Shown here: in pieces, positions 28,101 to 43,100 of the stretch | Layout of the letters: each line of letters opens with the position of its first letter | Numbering within the stretch: the stretch's first letter is position 1 | NCBI RefSeq assembly: GCF_009914755.1 | Contig: NC_060933.1 | Direction: 5' to 3' (one strand) | Length of the DNA stretch: 64,000 nt | Source of the DNA: the human T2T-CHM13v2.0 reference genome, Homo sapiens | Position numbers and translations under genes: made by a program | Notes under the pieces: generated by a model | Seen by the model: only the letters and a program-made list of their open reading frames with translations | Database searches by the model: none | Told to the model about the DNA's origin: nothing

Positions 28101-31100
28101 AAGGAATGGAATGAAGTCAACTCGAGTGGAATGGAATGGAATGGAATGGATTGGAATGGATTGCAATGGAATGAAATGGAATGGAATGGAATGGAATCAA
28201 TCGTGGAAGGGAATGTAACGGAGTGGAAAGAAGGGAATGGAATCAACCCGAGTGGAATGCAAGGCAATGGAATGGAATGGAAAGGAATGGCATGGAATCA
28301 ACTCGAAAGCAATGGAATGGAATGGAATGGAATGGAATGGAATGGAATTAACCGGAATAGAATGGAATGGAATGGAATGGAACGGAATAGAATGGAATGG
28401 AAGGGAATGGAATCAACACGAGTGCAGGGGAATGGAATGGAATGGAATGCAATGGAATGGAATCATCCGGAATGGAATGGAATGGAATGGAATCAACTCC
28501 ATTGCAATGGAATGGAATGGAATGGAATGGAATAGAATGGAATGGAATTAACCCGAATAGAATGGAATGCAATAGAATGGAATGCAATGGAACCGAATGG
28601 AGTGGAATGGAATGGAATGGAATCAACCCGAGTACAGAGGAATGGAATGGAATGGAATGCAATGGAATGGAGTCATCCGTAATGGAATGGAAAGGAATGG
28701 AATGGAATGGAATGGAATGGAATGGAATGGAATCAACTCGATGGCAATCGAATGGAATGGAATGGAATTAACCCGAATAGAATGGAATGGAATGGAATGG
28801 AACGGAACGGAATGTAAAGGAATGGAATGGAATGGAATGGAACGGAACGGAATGGAATGGAATGGAATGGAATGGAATGGAATGGAATCAACGGGAGTGC
28901 AGGGGAATGGAATGGAATGGAATGCAATGGAATGGAATCTTCCGTAATGGAATGGAATGGAATGGAATGAAAGGCAATGGATTCAACTCGATTGCAATAG
29001 AATGGAATAGAATGGAATGGAATGCAATGGAATGGAATGGAATTGAATGGAATGGAATGCCTTCAAACCGAATGGAATGGAAAGGAATGGAATCAACACG
29101 AGTGGAAAGGAATGGAATGGAAAGGAATGGAAAGGAATGGAATGGTACGGAATAGAACGGAATGGAACGAACTGGAATGGAATGCAATGGAATGGAATGG
29201 AATGGAATGGAATGGAAACAACTCGATTGTAATGGAATGGAATGGAATGGAATGGAATGGAATGGAATGGAATTAACCCGAATACAATGGAATGGAATGG
29301 AATGGAACGGAATGGAGTGGAATGGAATGGAATCAACCCGAGTGCAGGGGAATGGAATGGAATGGAATGCAATGGAATGGAATCATCCGGAATGGAATGG
29401 AATGGAATGGAATGCAAAGCAATGGAATCAACTCGATTGCAATGGAATGGAATGGAATGGAAAGGAATACATTGGAATCAACCCGAGTGGAATGGAATGG
29501 AAAGGACTGGAATGGACAGGAATGGAATGGAATGGAATGGAATGGAATGGAATTAACCCGAATAGAATGGAAAGGAATGGAATGGAACGGAACGGAACGG
29601 AACGGAATGGAATGGAATGGAATGGAATGGAATGGAATGGAATGGAATCAACCCGACTGCAGGGGAATGGAATGGAATGGAATGCAATGGAATGGATTCA
29701 ACTTGAATGGAATGGAAAGAATGGAATCAACACGAGTGGAATGGCATGGATTGGAATGGAATGGAATGGAATCAACCCGAGTACAGGGGAATGGAATGGA
29801 ATGGAATGCAATGGAATGGAATCATCCGTAATGGAATGGAAAGGAATGGAATGGAATGGAATGGAATGGAATGGAATGGAATGGAATGGAATCAACTCGA
29901 TTGCAATCGAATGGAATGGAATGGAATTAACCCGAATGGAATGGAATGGAATGGAATGGAATGGAAAGGAACGGAACGGAACGGAATGGAATGCAATGGA
30001 ATGGAATGGAATGGAATGGAACGGAAAGGAATGGAATGGAATGGAATGGAATGGAATGGAATGGAATGGAATCAACGCGAGTGCAGGGGAATGGAATGGA
30101 ATGGAATGCAATGGAATGGGATCTTCCGGAATGGAATGGAATGGAATGGAATGGAATGGAATGGAATGGAATAAACCAGACTGCAATGGAATGGAGTGGA
30201 GTGGAATGGAATGGAATGGAACAACCCGAATGTAATGGAATGTAATGGAGAGTAAGGGAGTTGAATAGAATCAATCCGAATGTAATGGAATGGAATGGAA
30301 CGGAATGGAATTGAATGGAATGGAATGGAATGCAATGGAATGGAATCAACCCGAGTGCAATGGAATGGAGAGGAATGGAATGGAATGGAACGGAAAGTAC
30401 CCGAATGGAATGGAATGTAATGGAGTGTAAGGGAATTGAATAGAATCAATCCGAATGCAATGGAATGGAATGGAACGGAATGGAATGGAATGGAATGGAA
30501 TGGAATGGAATGCAATGGAATGGAATCAACCCGAGTGCAATCGAATGGAATCGAATGGAATGGAATGCAATGGAATGGAATCAACTCGATTGCAATCGAA
30601 TGGAATGGAATGGAATTAACCCGAATAGAATGGAATGGAATGGAATGGAACGGAACGGAACGGAACGGAACGGAACGGAACGGAATGGAATGGAATGGAA
30701 TGGAATGGAATGGAATGGGACGGAAAGGAATGGAATGGAATGGAATGGAATGGAATGGAATGGAATCAACGCGAGTGCAGGGGAATGGAATGGAATGGAA
30801 TGCAATGGAATGGAATGTTCCGGAATGGAATGGAATGGAATGGAATGGAAAGGAATGGAATGGAATGGAATAAACCCGAGTGTAATGGAATGGAGTGGAA
30901 TGGAATGGAATGGAATGGAACAACCCGAATGGAATGGAATATAATGGAGAGTAAGGGAGTTGAATAGAGTCAATCCGAATGTAATGGAATGGAATGGAAC
31001 GGAATGGAATTGAATGGAATGGAATGGAATGCAATGGAATGGAATCAACCCGAGTGCAATGGAATGGAGAGGAATGGAATGGAATGGAATGGAAACTACC

Positions 31101-31651
31101 CGAATGGAATGGAATGTAATGGAGTGTAAGGGAATTGAATAGAATCAATCCGAATGTAATGGAATGGAATGGAACGGAATGGAATGGAATGGAATGGAAT
31201 GGAATGGAATGGACTGCAATGGAATGGTATCAACCCGAGTGCAATCGAATGGAATCGAATGGAATGGAATGCAATGGAATGGATTCAAATTGAATGGAAT
31301 GGAAAGAATGGAGTCAACACGAGTGGAAGCGCATGCATTGGAATGCAATGGAATGGAATCAACTCGAATACAGGGGAATGGAATGGAATGGAATGCAATG
31401 GAATGGAATCATCCGTAATGGAATGGAAAGGAATGGAATGGAATGGAATGGAATGGAATGGAATGGAATGGAATGGATTGGAATGGAATGGAATCAACAC
31501 GATTGCAATCGAATGGAATGGAATGGAATTAACCCGAATAGAATGGAATGGAATGGAATGGAACGGAACGGAATGGAATGGAATGGAATGGAATGGAATG
31601 GAATGGAATGGAACGGAACGGAACGGAACGGAATGGAATGGAATGGAATGG
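22150..31651 (+). repeat. 9.5 kb higher-order unit, copy 1 (includes an extra ~1 kb block)
   Basis: CAACCCGATGC at 22153 and 31655 (offset 9502). Identical or near-identical ORF-track peptides sit at offset 9502 (22415/31917, 22575/32077, 23104/32606, 23605/33107), then at ~8500 (25250/33752, 27922/36419, 29162/37654, 30581/39083). Confidence 0.93.
30647..30681 (+). repeat. (GGAAC)7 variant-pentamer tract (also 39149-39183 and 50248-50282; shorter tracts throughout)
   Basis: Seen directly, lying about four pentamers downstream of TTAACCCGAATAG. Confidence 0.9.
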
Positions 31652-34600
31652 AATCAACCCGATGCAATGGAATGGAGTGGAATGGAATGGAATGGAATGG
31701 AAACATCCCGAATGGAATGGAATGTAATGGTGTGTAAGGGAATTGAATAGAAACAATCCGAATGTAATGGAATGGAATGGAATGAAATCGAATGGAATGG
31801 AATGGAATGGAATCAACCCGAGTGCAATGGAATGGAATCGAATAGAATAGAATGGAATGGATTCAACAAGAATGGAATGGAAAGGAATGGATTCAACCCG
31901 AGTGTAATGGCATGGAATGGAATGGAATGGAATGGGATGGAATGGAATGGTACGGAATAGAATGGAATGGAATGAAATGGAATGGAATGGAATGGAATGG
32001 AATGAACCCGTGTGCAATGTAATGGAATGGAACGGAATGGAATGGATTCAACTCGAAAGGAATCAACTCGATTGCAATGGAATGGAATGGAATGGAAAGG
32101 AATAGAATGGAATCAACCCGGGTAGAATGGAATGGAAAGGACTGGAATGGAGTGGAATCTAATGGAATGGAATGGAATCAAATCGATTGGAATGGAATGG
32201 AATGGAATGGAATGGAATGGAATCAACTCTATTGCAATGGAATGGAATGGAATGGAATGGAATGGAATGGAATGGAATGGAATGGAATGGAATGGAATGG
32301 AATTAACCCGAATAGAATGGAATGGAATGGAGTGGAACGGAATGTAATGGAATGGAATGGAATCAACCCGAGTGCAGGGGAATGGAATCGAATGGAATGC
32401 GATGGAATGGAATCATCCGGAATGGAATGGAATGGAATGGAATGGAATGGAATGGAATGGAATCAACTGGATTTCAATGGAATGGAATGGAATATAATGG
32501 AATGGAATTAACACGAATAGAAAGGAATGGAATGGAATGGAATGCAACGGAAAGAATGGAGTTTAATGGAATGGAATCAACCCGAGTGCAGGGGAATGGA
32601 ATGGAATGGAATGCAATGGAATGGAATCATATGTAATGGAATGGAAAGGAATGGAATGGAATGGAATGGAATGGAATGGAATGGAATGGAATCAACTCGA
32701 TTGTAATCGAATGGAATGGAATGGAATTAACCCGAATAGAATGGAATGGAATGGAATGGAACAGAACGGAATTGAATGGAATGGAATGGAATGGAATGGA
32801 ATGGAATGGAATGGAACGGAAAGGAATGGAATGGAATGGAATGGAATGGAATGGAATCAACGCGATTGCAATCGAATGGAATGGAATGGAATTAACCCGA
32901 ATAGAATGTAATGGAATGGAATGGAATGGAATCAATCATGGAAGGGAATGTAATGGAGTGGAAAGAAGGGAATGGAATCAACCCGAGTGGAATGCAAGGC
33001 AATGGAATGGAATGGAAAGGAATGGAATGGAATCAACTCGATTGCAATGGAATGGAATGGAATGGAATGGAATGGAATGCAATGGAATTAACCGGAATAG
33101 AATGGAATGGAATGGAATGGAACGGAATGGAATGGAATGGAAGGGAATGGAATCAACACGAGTGCAGGGGAATGGAATGGAATGGAATGCAATGGAATGG
33201 AATCATACGGAATGGAATGGAATGGAATGGAATCAACTCCATTGCAATGGAATGGAATGGAATGGAAAGGAATAGAATGGAATGGAATTAACCCGAATAG
33301 AATGGAATGCAATAGAATGGAATGCAATGGAACCGAATGGAGTGGAATGGAATGGAATGGAATCAACCCGAGTACAGAGGAATGGAATGGAATGGAATGC
33401 AATGGAATGGAATCATCCGTAATGGAATGGAAAGGAATGGAATGGAATGGAATGGAATGGAATGGAATGGAATCAACTCGATGGCAATCGAATGGAATGG
33501 AATGGAATTAACCCGAATAGAATGGAATGGAATGGAATGGAACGGAACGGAATGGAATGGAATGGAATGGAATGGAATGGAATGGAACGGAACGGAACGG
33601 AATGGAATGGAATGGAATGGAATGGAATCAACGCGAGTGCAGGGGAATGGAATGGAATGCAATGGAATGGAATCTTCCGGAATGGAATGGAATGGAATGG
33701 AATGAAAGGCAATGGATTCAACTCGATTGCAATGGAATGGAATAGAATGGAATGGAATGGAATGGAATGGAATGGAATGGAATTGAATGGAATGGAATGC
33801 CTTCAAACCGAATGGAATGGAAAGGAATGGAATCAACACGAGTGGAAAGGAATGGAATGGAAAGGAATGGAAAGGAATGGAATGGTACGGAATACAACGG
33901 AATGGAACGAACTGGAATGGAATGGAATGGAATGGAATGGAATGGAATGGAATGGAATCGTTCCGAGTGGAATAGGAGGGAATGTATTCGAGTGGAATGG
34001 AAAGGAATGGAATCAACCAGAGTGGAATGGAAGGGAATGGAATGGAATGGAAACTAATAGAATGGAATCAACCCGAGTGGAATGGAATGGAAAGGACTGG
34101 AATGGAATGGAATGGAATGGAATGGAATGGAATGGAATGGAATCAACTCGATTGTAATGGAATGGAATGGAATGGAATGGAATTAACCCGAATACAATGG
34201 AATGGAATGGAATGGAACGGAATGGAGTGGAATGGAATGGAATCAACCCGAGTGCAGGGGAATGGAATGGAATGGAATGCAATGGAATGGAATCATCCGG
34301 AATTGAATGGAATGGAATGGAATGGAAAGCAATGGAATCAACTCGATTGCAATGGAATGGAATGGAATGGAAAGGAATACATTGGAATCAACCCGAGTGG
34401 AATGGAATGGAAAGGACTGGAATGGAGTGGAATGGAATGGAAAGGACTGGAATGGAGTGGAATGGAATGGAATGGAGTGGAATGGAATGGAATGGAATGG
34501 AATGGAATTAACCCGAATAGAATGGAAAGGAATGGAATGGAACGGAACGGAACGGAACGGAATGGAATGGAATGGAATGGAATGGAATGGAATGGAATCA

Positions 34601-37600
34601 ACCCGACTGCAGGGGAATGGAATGGAATGGAATGCAATGGAATGGAATCATCCGGAATGGAATGGAATGGAATGGAATGCAAAGCAATGGAATCAACTCG
34701 AGTACAGGGGAATGGAATGGAATGGAATGCAATGCAATGGAATCTTCCGGAATGGAATGGAATGGAATGGAATGGAATGGAATGGAATGGAATCAACCCG
34801 AGTGCAATGGAATGGAGTGGAATGGAATGGAACAACCCGAATGGAATGGAATGTAATGGAGAGTAAGGGAGTTGAATAGAGTCAATCCGAATGTAATGGA
34901 ATGGAATGGAACGGAATGGAATTGAATGGAATGGAATGGAATGCAATGGAATGGAATCAACCCGAGTGCAATGGAATGGAGAGGAATGCAATGGAATGGA
35001 ATGGAAACTACCCGAATGGAATGGAATGTAATGGAGTGTAAGGGAATTGAATAGAATCAATCCGAATGTAATGGAATGGAATGGAACGGAATGGAATGGA
35101 ATGGAATGGAATGGAATGGAATGGAATGGAATGCAATGGAATGGAATCAACCCGAGTGCAATCGAATGGAATCGAATGGAATGGAATACAATGGAATGGA
35201 TTCAACTTGAATGGAATGGAAAGAATGGAATCAACACGAGTGGAAGGGCATGGATTGGAATGCAATGGAATGGAATCAACCCGAGTACAGGGGAATGGAA
35301 TGGAATGGAATGTAATGGAATGGAATCATCCGTAATGGAATGGAAAGAAATGGAATGGAATGGAATGGAATGGAATGGAATCAACTCGATTGCAGTCGAA
35401 TGGAATGGAATGGAATGGAATGGAATGGAATTAACCCGAATAGAATGGAAAGGAATGGAATGGAACGGAACGGAACGGAATGGAATGGAATGGAATGGGA
35501 TGGAATGGAATCAACCCGACTGCAGGGGAATGGAATGGAATGGAATGCAATGGAATGGATTCAACTTGAATGGAATGGAAAGAATGGAATCAACACGAGT
35601 GGAATGGCATGGATTGGAATGGAATTGAATGGAATCAACCCGAGTACAGGGGAATGGAATGGAATGGAATGCAATGGAATGGAATCATCCGTAATGGAAT
35701 GGAAAGGAATGGAAAGGAATGGAATGGAATGGAATGGAATGGAATCAACATGATTGCAATCGAATGGAATGGAATGGAATTAACCCGAATAGAATGGAAT
35801 GGAATGGAATGGAACGGAACGGAATGGAATGGAATGGAATGGAATGGAATGGAACGGAACCGAACGGAATGGAATGGAATGGAATGGAATGGAATGGAAT
35901 CAACGCGAGTGCAGGGGAATGGCATGCAACGGAATGCAATGGAATGGAATCTTCCGGAATGGAATGGAATGGAATGGAATGGAATGAAATGCAATGGATT
36001 CAACTCGATTGCAATGGAATGGAATAGAATGGAATGGAATGGAATGGAATGGGATTAACCCGAATAGAATGGAATGGAATGGAATGGAACGGAATGGAAC
36101 GGAACGGAATGGAATGGAATGGAATGGAATGGAATGGAATGGAATGGTATGGAATGGAATGGAATGGTACGGAATAGAATGGAATGGAACGAATTGTAAT
36201 GGAATGGAATTGAATGGAATGGAATGGAATGGAATTGAATCAATGCGAGTGCAGGGGAATGTAATGGAACGGAATGCAATGGAATGGAATCATCCGGAAT
36301 GGAATGGAATGGAATGGAATGGAATGGAATCAACCCGAGTGCAATGGAATGGAGTGGAATGGAATGGAATGGAATGGAACAACCCGAATGGAATGGAATG
36401 TAATGGAGAGTAAGGGAGTTGAATAGAATCAATCCGAATGTAATGGAAGGGAATGCAACGGAATGGAATGGAATGGAATGGAATGGAATGGAATGCAAAG
36501 GAATGGAATCAACCCGAGTGGAATGGCATGGAATGGAATGCAATGGATTGGAATGGAATGGAATCAACTCGAGTGGAAAGGAATGGAATAGAATGGAAAG
36601 GAATGGAATGAAGTCAACTCGAGTGGAATGGAATGGAATGGAATGGATTGGAATGGATTGCAATGGAATGAAATGGAATGGAATGGAATGGAATCAATCG
36701 TGGAAGGGAATGTAACGGAGTGGAAAGAAGGGAATGGAATCAACCCGAGTGGAATGCAAGGCAATGGAATGGAATGGAAAGGAATGGCATGGAATCAACT
36801 CGAAAGCAATGGAATGGAATGGAATGGAATGGAATGGAATTAACCGGAATAGAATGGAATGGAATGGAATGGAACGGAATAGAATGGAATGGAAGGGAAT
36901 GGAATCAACACGAGTGCAGGGGAATGGAATGGAATGGAATGCAATGGAATGGAATCATCCGGAATGGAATGGAATGGAATGGAATCAACTCCATTGCAAT
37001 GGAATGGAATGGAATGGAATGGAATAGAATGGAATGGAATTAACCCGAATAGAATGGAATGCAATAGAATGGAATGCAATGGAACCGAATGGAGTGGAAT
37101 GGAATGGAATGGAATCAACCCGAGTACAGAGGAATGGAATGGAATGGAATGCAATGGAATGGAGTCATCCGTAATGGAATGGAAAGGAATGGAATGGAAT
37201 GGAATGGAATGGAATGGAATGGAATCAACTCGATGGCAATCGAATGGAATGGAATGGAATTAACCCGAATAGAATGGAATGGAATGGAATGGAACGGAAC
37301 GGAATGTAAAGGAATGGAATGGAATGGAATGGAACGGAACGGAATGGAATGGAATGGAATGGAATGGAATGGAATGGAATCAACGGGAGTGCAGGGGAAT
37401 GGAATGGAATGGAATGCAATGGAATGGAATCTTCCGTAATGGAATGGAATGGAATGGAATGAAAGGCAATGGATTCAACTCGATTGCAATAGAATGGAAT
37501 AGAATGGAATGGAATGCAATGGAATGGAATGGAATTGAATGGAATGGAATGCCTTCAAACCGAATGGAATGGAAAGGAATGGAATCAACACGAGTGGAAA

Positions 37601-40170
37601 GGAATGGAATGGAAAGGAATGGAAAGGAATGGAATGGTACGGAATAGAACGGAATGGAACGAACTGGAATGGAATGCAATGGAATGGAATGGAATGGAAT
37701 GGAATGGAAACAACTCGATTGTAATGGAATGGAATGGAATGGAATGGAATGGAATGGAATGGAATTAACCCGAATACAATGGAATGGAATGGAATGGAAC
37801 GGAATGGAGTGGAATGGAATGGAATCAACCCGAGTGCAGGGGAATGGAATGGAATGGAATGCAATGGAATGGAATCATCCGGAATGGAATGGAATGGAAT
37901 GGAATGCAAAGCAATGGAATCAACTCGATTGCAATGGAATGGAATGGAATGGAAAGGAATACATTGGAATCAACCCGAGTGGAATGGAATGGAAAGGACT
38001 GGAATGGACAGGAATGGAATGGAATGGAATGGAATGGAATGGAATTAACCCGAATAGAATGGAAAGGAATGGAATGGAACGGAACGGAACGGAACGGAAT
38101 GGAATGGAATGGAATGGAATGGAATGGAATGGAATGGAATCAACCCGACTGCAGGGGAATGGAATGGAATGGAATGCAATGGAATGGATTCAACTTGAAT
38201 GGAATGGAAAGAATGGAATCAACACGAGTGGAATGGCATGGATTGGAATGGAATGGAATGGAATCAACCCGAGTACAGGGGAATGGAATGGAATGGAATG
38301 CAATGGAATGGAATCATCCGTAATGGAATGGAAAGGAATGGAATGGAATGGAATGGAATGGAATGGAATGGAATGGAATGGAATCAACTCGATTGCAATC
38401 GAATGGAATGGAATGGAATTAACCCGAATGGAATGGAATGGAATGGAATGGAATGGAAAGGAACGGAACGGAACGGAATGGAATGCAATGGAATGGAATG
38501 GAATGGAATGGAACGGAAAGGAATGGAATGGAATGGAATGGAATGGAATGGAATGGAATGGAATGGAATCAACGCGAGTGCAGGGGAATGGAATGGAATG
38601 GAATGCAATGGAATGGGATCTTCCGGAATGGAATGGAATGGAATGGAATGGAATGGAATGGAATGGAATAAACCAGACTGCAATGGAATGGAGTGGAGTG
38701 GAATGGAATGGAATGGAACAACCCGAATGTAATGGAATGTAATGGAGAGTAAGGGAGTTGAATAGAATCAATCCGAATGTAATGGAATGGAATGGAACGG
38801 AATGGAATTGAATGGAATGGAATGGAATGCAATGGAATGGAATCAACCCGAGTGCAATGGAATGGAGAGGAATGGAATGGAATGGAACGGAAAGTACCCG
38901 AATGGAATGGAATGTAATGGAGTGTAAAGGAATTGAATAGAATCAATCCGAATGCAATGGAATGGAATGGAACGGAATGGAATGGAATGGAATGGAATGG
39001 AATGGAATGGAATGCAATGGAATGGAATCAACCCGAGTGCAATCGAATGGAATCGAATGGAATGGAATGCAATGGAATGGAATCAACTCGATTGCAATCG
39101 AATGGAATGGAATGGAATTAACCCGAATAGAATGGAATGGAATGGAATGGAACGGAACGGAACGGAACGGAACGGAACGGAACGGAATGGAATGGAATGG
39201 AATGGAATGGAATGGAATGGGACGGAAAGGAATGGAATGGAATGGAATGGAATGGAATGGAATGGAATCAACGCGAGTGCAGGGGAATGGAATGGAATGG
39301 AATGCAATGGAATGGAATGTTCCGGAATGGAATGGAATGGAATGGAATGGAAAGGAATGGAATGGAATGGAATAAACCCGAGTGTAATGGAATGGAGTGG
39401 AATGGAATGGAATGGAATGGAACAACCCGAATGGAATGGAATATAATGGAGAGTAAGGGAGTTGAATAGAGTCAATCCGAATGTAATGGAATGGAATGGA
39501 ACGGAATGGAATTGAATGGAATGGAATGGAATGCAATGGAATGGAATCAACCCGAGTGCAATGGAATGGAGAGGAATGGAATGGAATGGAATGGAAACTA
39601 CCCGAATGGAATGGAATGTAATGGAGTGTAAGGGAATTGAATAGAATCAATCCGAATGTAATGGAATGGAATGGAACGGAATGGAATGGAATGGAATGGA
39701 ATGGAATGGAATGGAATGGAATGGACTGCAATGGAATGGTATCAACCCGAGTGCAATCGAATGGAATCGAATGGAATGGAATGCAATGGAATGGATTCAA
39801 ATTGAATGGAATGGAAAGAATGGAGTCAACACGAGTGGAAGCGCATGCATTGGAATGCAATGGAATGGAATCAACTCGAATACAGGGGAATGGAATGGAA
39901 TGGAATGCAATGGAATGGAATCATCCGTAATGGAATGGAAAGGAATGGAATGGAATGGAATGGAATGGAATGGAATGGAATGGAATGGATTGGAATGGAA
40001 TGGAATCAACACGATTGCAATCGAATGGAATGGAATGGAATTAACCCGAATAGAATGGAATGGAATGGAATGGAACGGAACGGAATGGAATGGAATGGAA
40101 TGGAATGGAATGGAATGGAATGGAACGGAACGGAACGGAATGGAATGGAATGGAATGGAATGGAATGGAA
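31652..40170 (+). repeat. 8.5 kb higher-order unit, copy 2 (tandem to 22150-31651)
   Basis: Near-identical to copy 1 apart from whole-pentamer count changes, a few substitutions and absence of the ~24050-25090 block. Confidence 0.93.
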
Positions 40171-43100
40171 TGGAATCAACGCGAGTGCAGGGGATTGGAA
40201 TGTAATGGAATGCAATGCAATGGAATCTTCCGGAATGGAATGGAATGGAATGGAATGGAATGAAATGCAATGGATTCAACTCGATTGCAATGGAATGGAA
40301 TAGAATGCAATGGAATGGAATGGAATGGGATTAACCCGAATAGAATGGAATGGAATGGAATGGAACGGAAGGGAACGGAATGGAATGGAATGGAATGGCA
40401 TGGAATGGAATGGAATGGTATGGAATGGAATGGAATGGTACGGAATAGAATGGAATGGAACGAATTGTAATGGAATGGAATTGAATGGAATGGAATGGAA
40501 TGGAATGGAATGGAATGCAAAGGAATGGAATCAACCCGAGTGGAATGGCATGGAATGGAATGCAATGGATTGGAATGGAATGGAATCAACTCGATTGAAA
40601 AGGAATATAATGGAATGGAAAGGAATGGAATGAAGTCAACTCGAGTGGAATGGAATGGAATGGAATGGATTGGAATGGATTGCAATGGAATGAAATGGAA
40701 TGGAATGGAATGGAATCAATCATGGAAGGGAATGTAATGGAGTGGAAAGAAGGGAATGGAATCAACCCGAGTGGAATGCAAGGCAATGGAATGGAATGGA
40801 AAGGAATGGAAAGGAATCAACTCGATTGCAATGGAATGGAATGGAACGGAATGGAATGGAATGGAAGGGAATGGAATCAACACGAGTGCAGGGGAATGGA
40901 ATGGAATGGAATGCAATGGAATGGAATCAACTCCATTGCAATGGAATGGAATGGAATGGAATGGAATAGAATGGAATGGAATTAACCACAATAGATGGAA
41001 TGCAATAGAATGGAATGCAACGGAACCGAATGGAGTGGAATGGAATGGAATGGAATCAACCCGAGTACAGGGGAATGGAATGGAATGGAATGCAATGGAA
41101 TGGAGTCATACGTAATGGAATGGAAAGGAATGGAATGGAATGGAATGGAATGGAATGGAATGGAATGGAATCAACTCGATGGCAATCGAATGGAATGGAA
41201 TGGAATTAACCCGAATAGAATGGAATGGAATGGAATGGAACGGAAAGGAACGGAATGGAATGGAATGGAATGGAATGGAATGGAATGGAATGGAACGGAA
41301 CGGAATGGAATGGAATGGAATGGAATGGAATGGAATCAAAGCGAGTGCCGTAGAATGTAATGGAATGCAATGGAATGGAATCTTCCGGAATGGAATGGAA
41401 TGGAATGGAATGGAATGGAATGGAATGGAATCAACGCTAGTGCAGGGGAATGGAATGGAATGGAATGCAATGGAATGGAATCTTCCGGAATGGAATGGAA
41501 TGGAATGGAATGGAATGAAAGGCAATGGATTCAACTCGATTGCAATGCAATGGAATAGAATAGAAGGGAATGGAGTGGAATGGAATGGAATTGAATGGAA
41601 TGGAATGCCTTCAAACCGAATGGAATGGAATGGAATGGAATCCACACGAGTGGAAAGGAATGGAATGGAAAGGAATGGAATGGAATGGAATGGTACGGAA
41701 TAGAACGGAATGGAACGAACTGGAATGGAATGGAATGGAATGGAATGGAATGGAATGGAATGGAATGGAATCGTTCCGAGTGGAATAGGAGGGAATGTAT
41801 TCGAGTGGAATGGAAAGGAATGGAATCAACCAGAGTGGAATGGAAGGGAATGGAATGGAATGGAAACTAATAGAATGGAATCAACCCGAGTGGAATGGAA
41901 TGGAAAGGACTGGAATGGAATGGAATGGAATGGAATGGAATCAACTCGATTGTAATGGAATGGAATGGAATGGAATGGAATGGAATGGAATTAACCCGAA
42001 TACAATGGAATGGAATGGAATGGAACGGAATGGAGTGGAATGGAATGGAATCAACCCGAATAGAATGGAATGGAATGGAATGGAACGGAACGGAACGGAA
42101 CGGAACGGAACGGAATGGAATGGAATGGTATGGAATGGAATGGAATGGAATGGAATGGAATGGAATGGAATGGAATGGAATTAACCCGAATAGAATGGAA
42201 TGGAATGGAATGGAACGGAACGGAACGGAACGGAACGGAATGGAATGGAATGGAATGGAATGGTATGGAATGGAATGGAATGGTACGGAATAGAATGGAA
42301 TGGAAAGAATTGGAATGGAATGGAATCGAATGGAATGGAATGGAATGGAATGGAATGGTATGGAATCAACCCGAGTGCAGGGGAATGTAATGGAACGGAA
42401 TGTAATGGAATGGAATCATCCGGAATGGAATGGAATGGAATGGAATGGAATGGAATGGAATGGAACCAACCCGATTGTGATGGAATGGAATGCAATGGAG
42501 TGGAATGGAATGGAATCAACCCGAGTGCAGGGGAATGCAATGGAATGGAATGAAATGGAATGGAATCATCCGGAATGGAATGGAATGGAATGGAATGCAA
42601 AGCAATGGAATCAACTCGATTGCAATGGAATGGAATGGAATGGAAAGGAATACATTGGAATCAACCCGAGTGGAATGGAATGGAAAGGACTGGAATGGAG
42701 TGGAATGGAATGGAATGGAAAGGAATGGAATCAACTCGATTGGAATGGAATGGAATGGAATGGAATGGAATGGAATTAACCCGAATAGAATGGAATGGAA
42801 TGGAATGGAACGGAACGGAACGGAATGGAATGGAATGGAATGGAATGGAATGGAATGGAATGGAATGGAATCAACCCGACTGCAGGGGAATGGAATGGAA
42901 TGGAATGCAATGGAATGGATTCAACTTGAATGGAATGGAAAGAATGGAATCAACACGAGTGGAATGGCATGGATTGGAATGGAATGGAATGGAATCAACC
43001 CGAGTACAGGGGAATGGAATGGAATGGAATGCAATGGAATGGAATCATCCGTAATGGAATGGAAAGGAATGGAATGGAATGGAATGGAATGGAATGGAAT

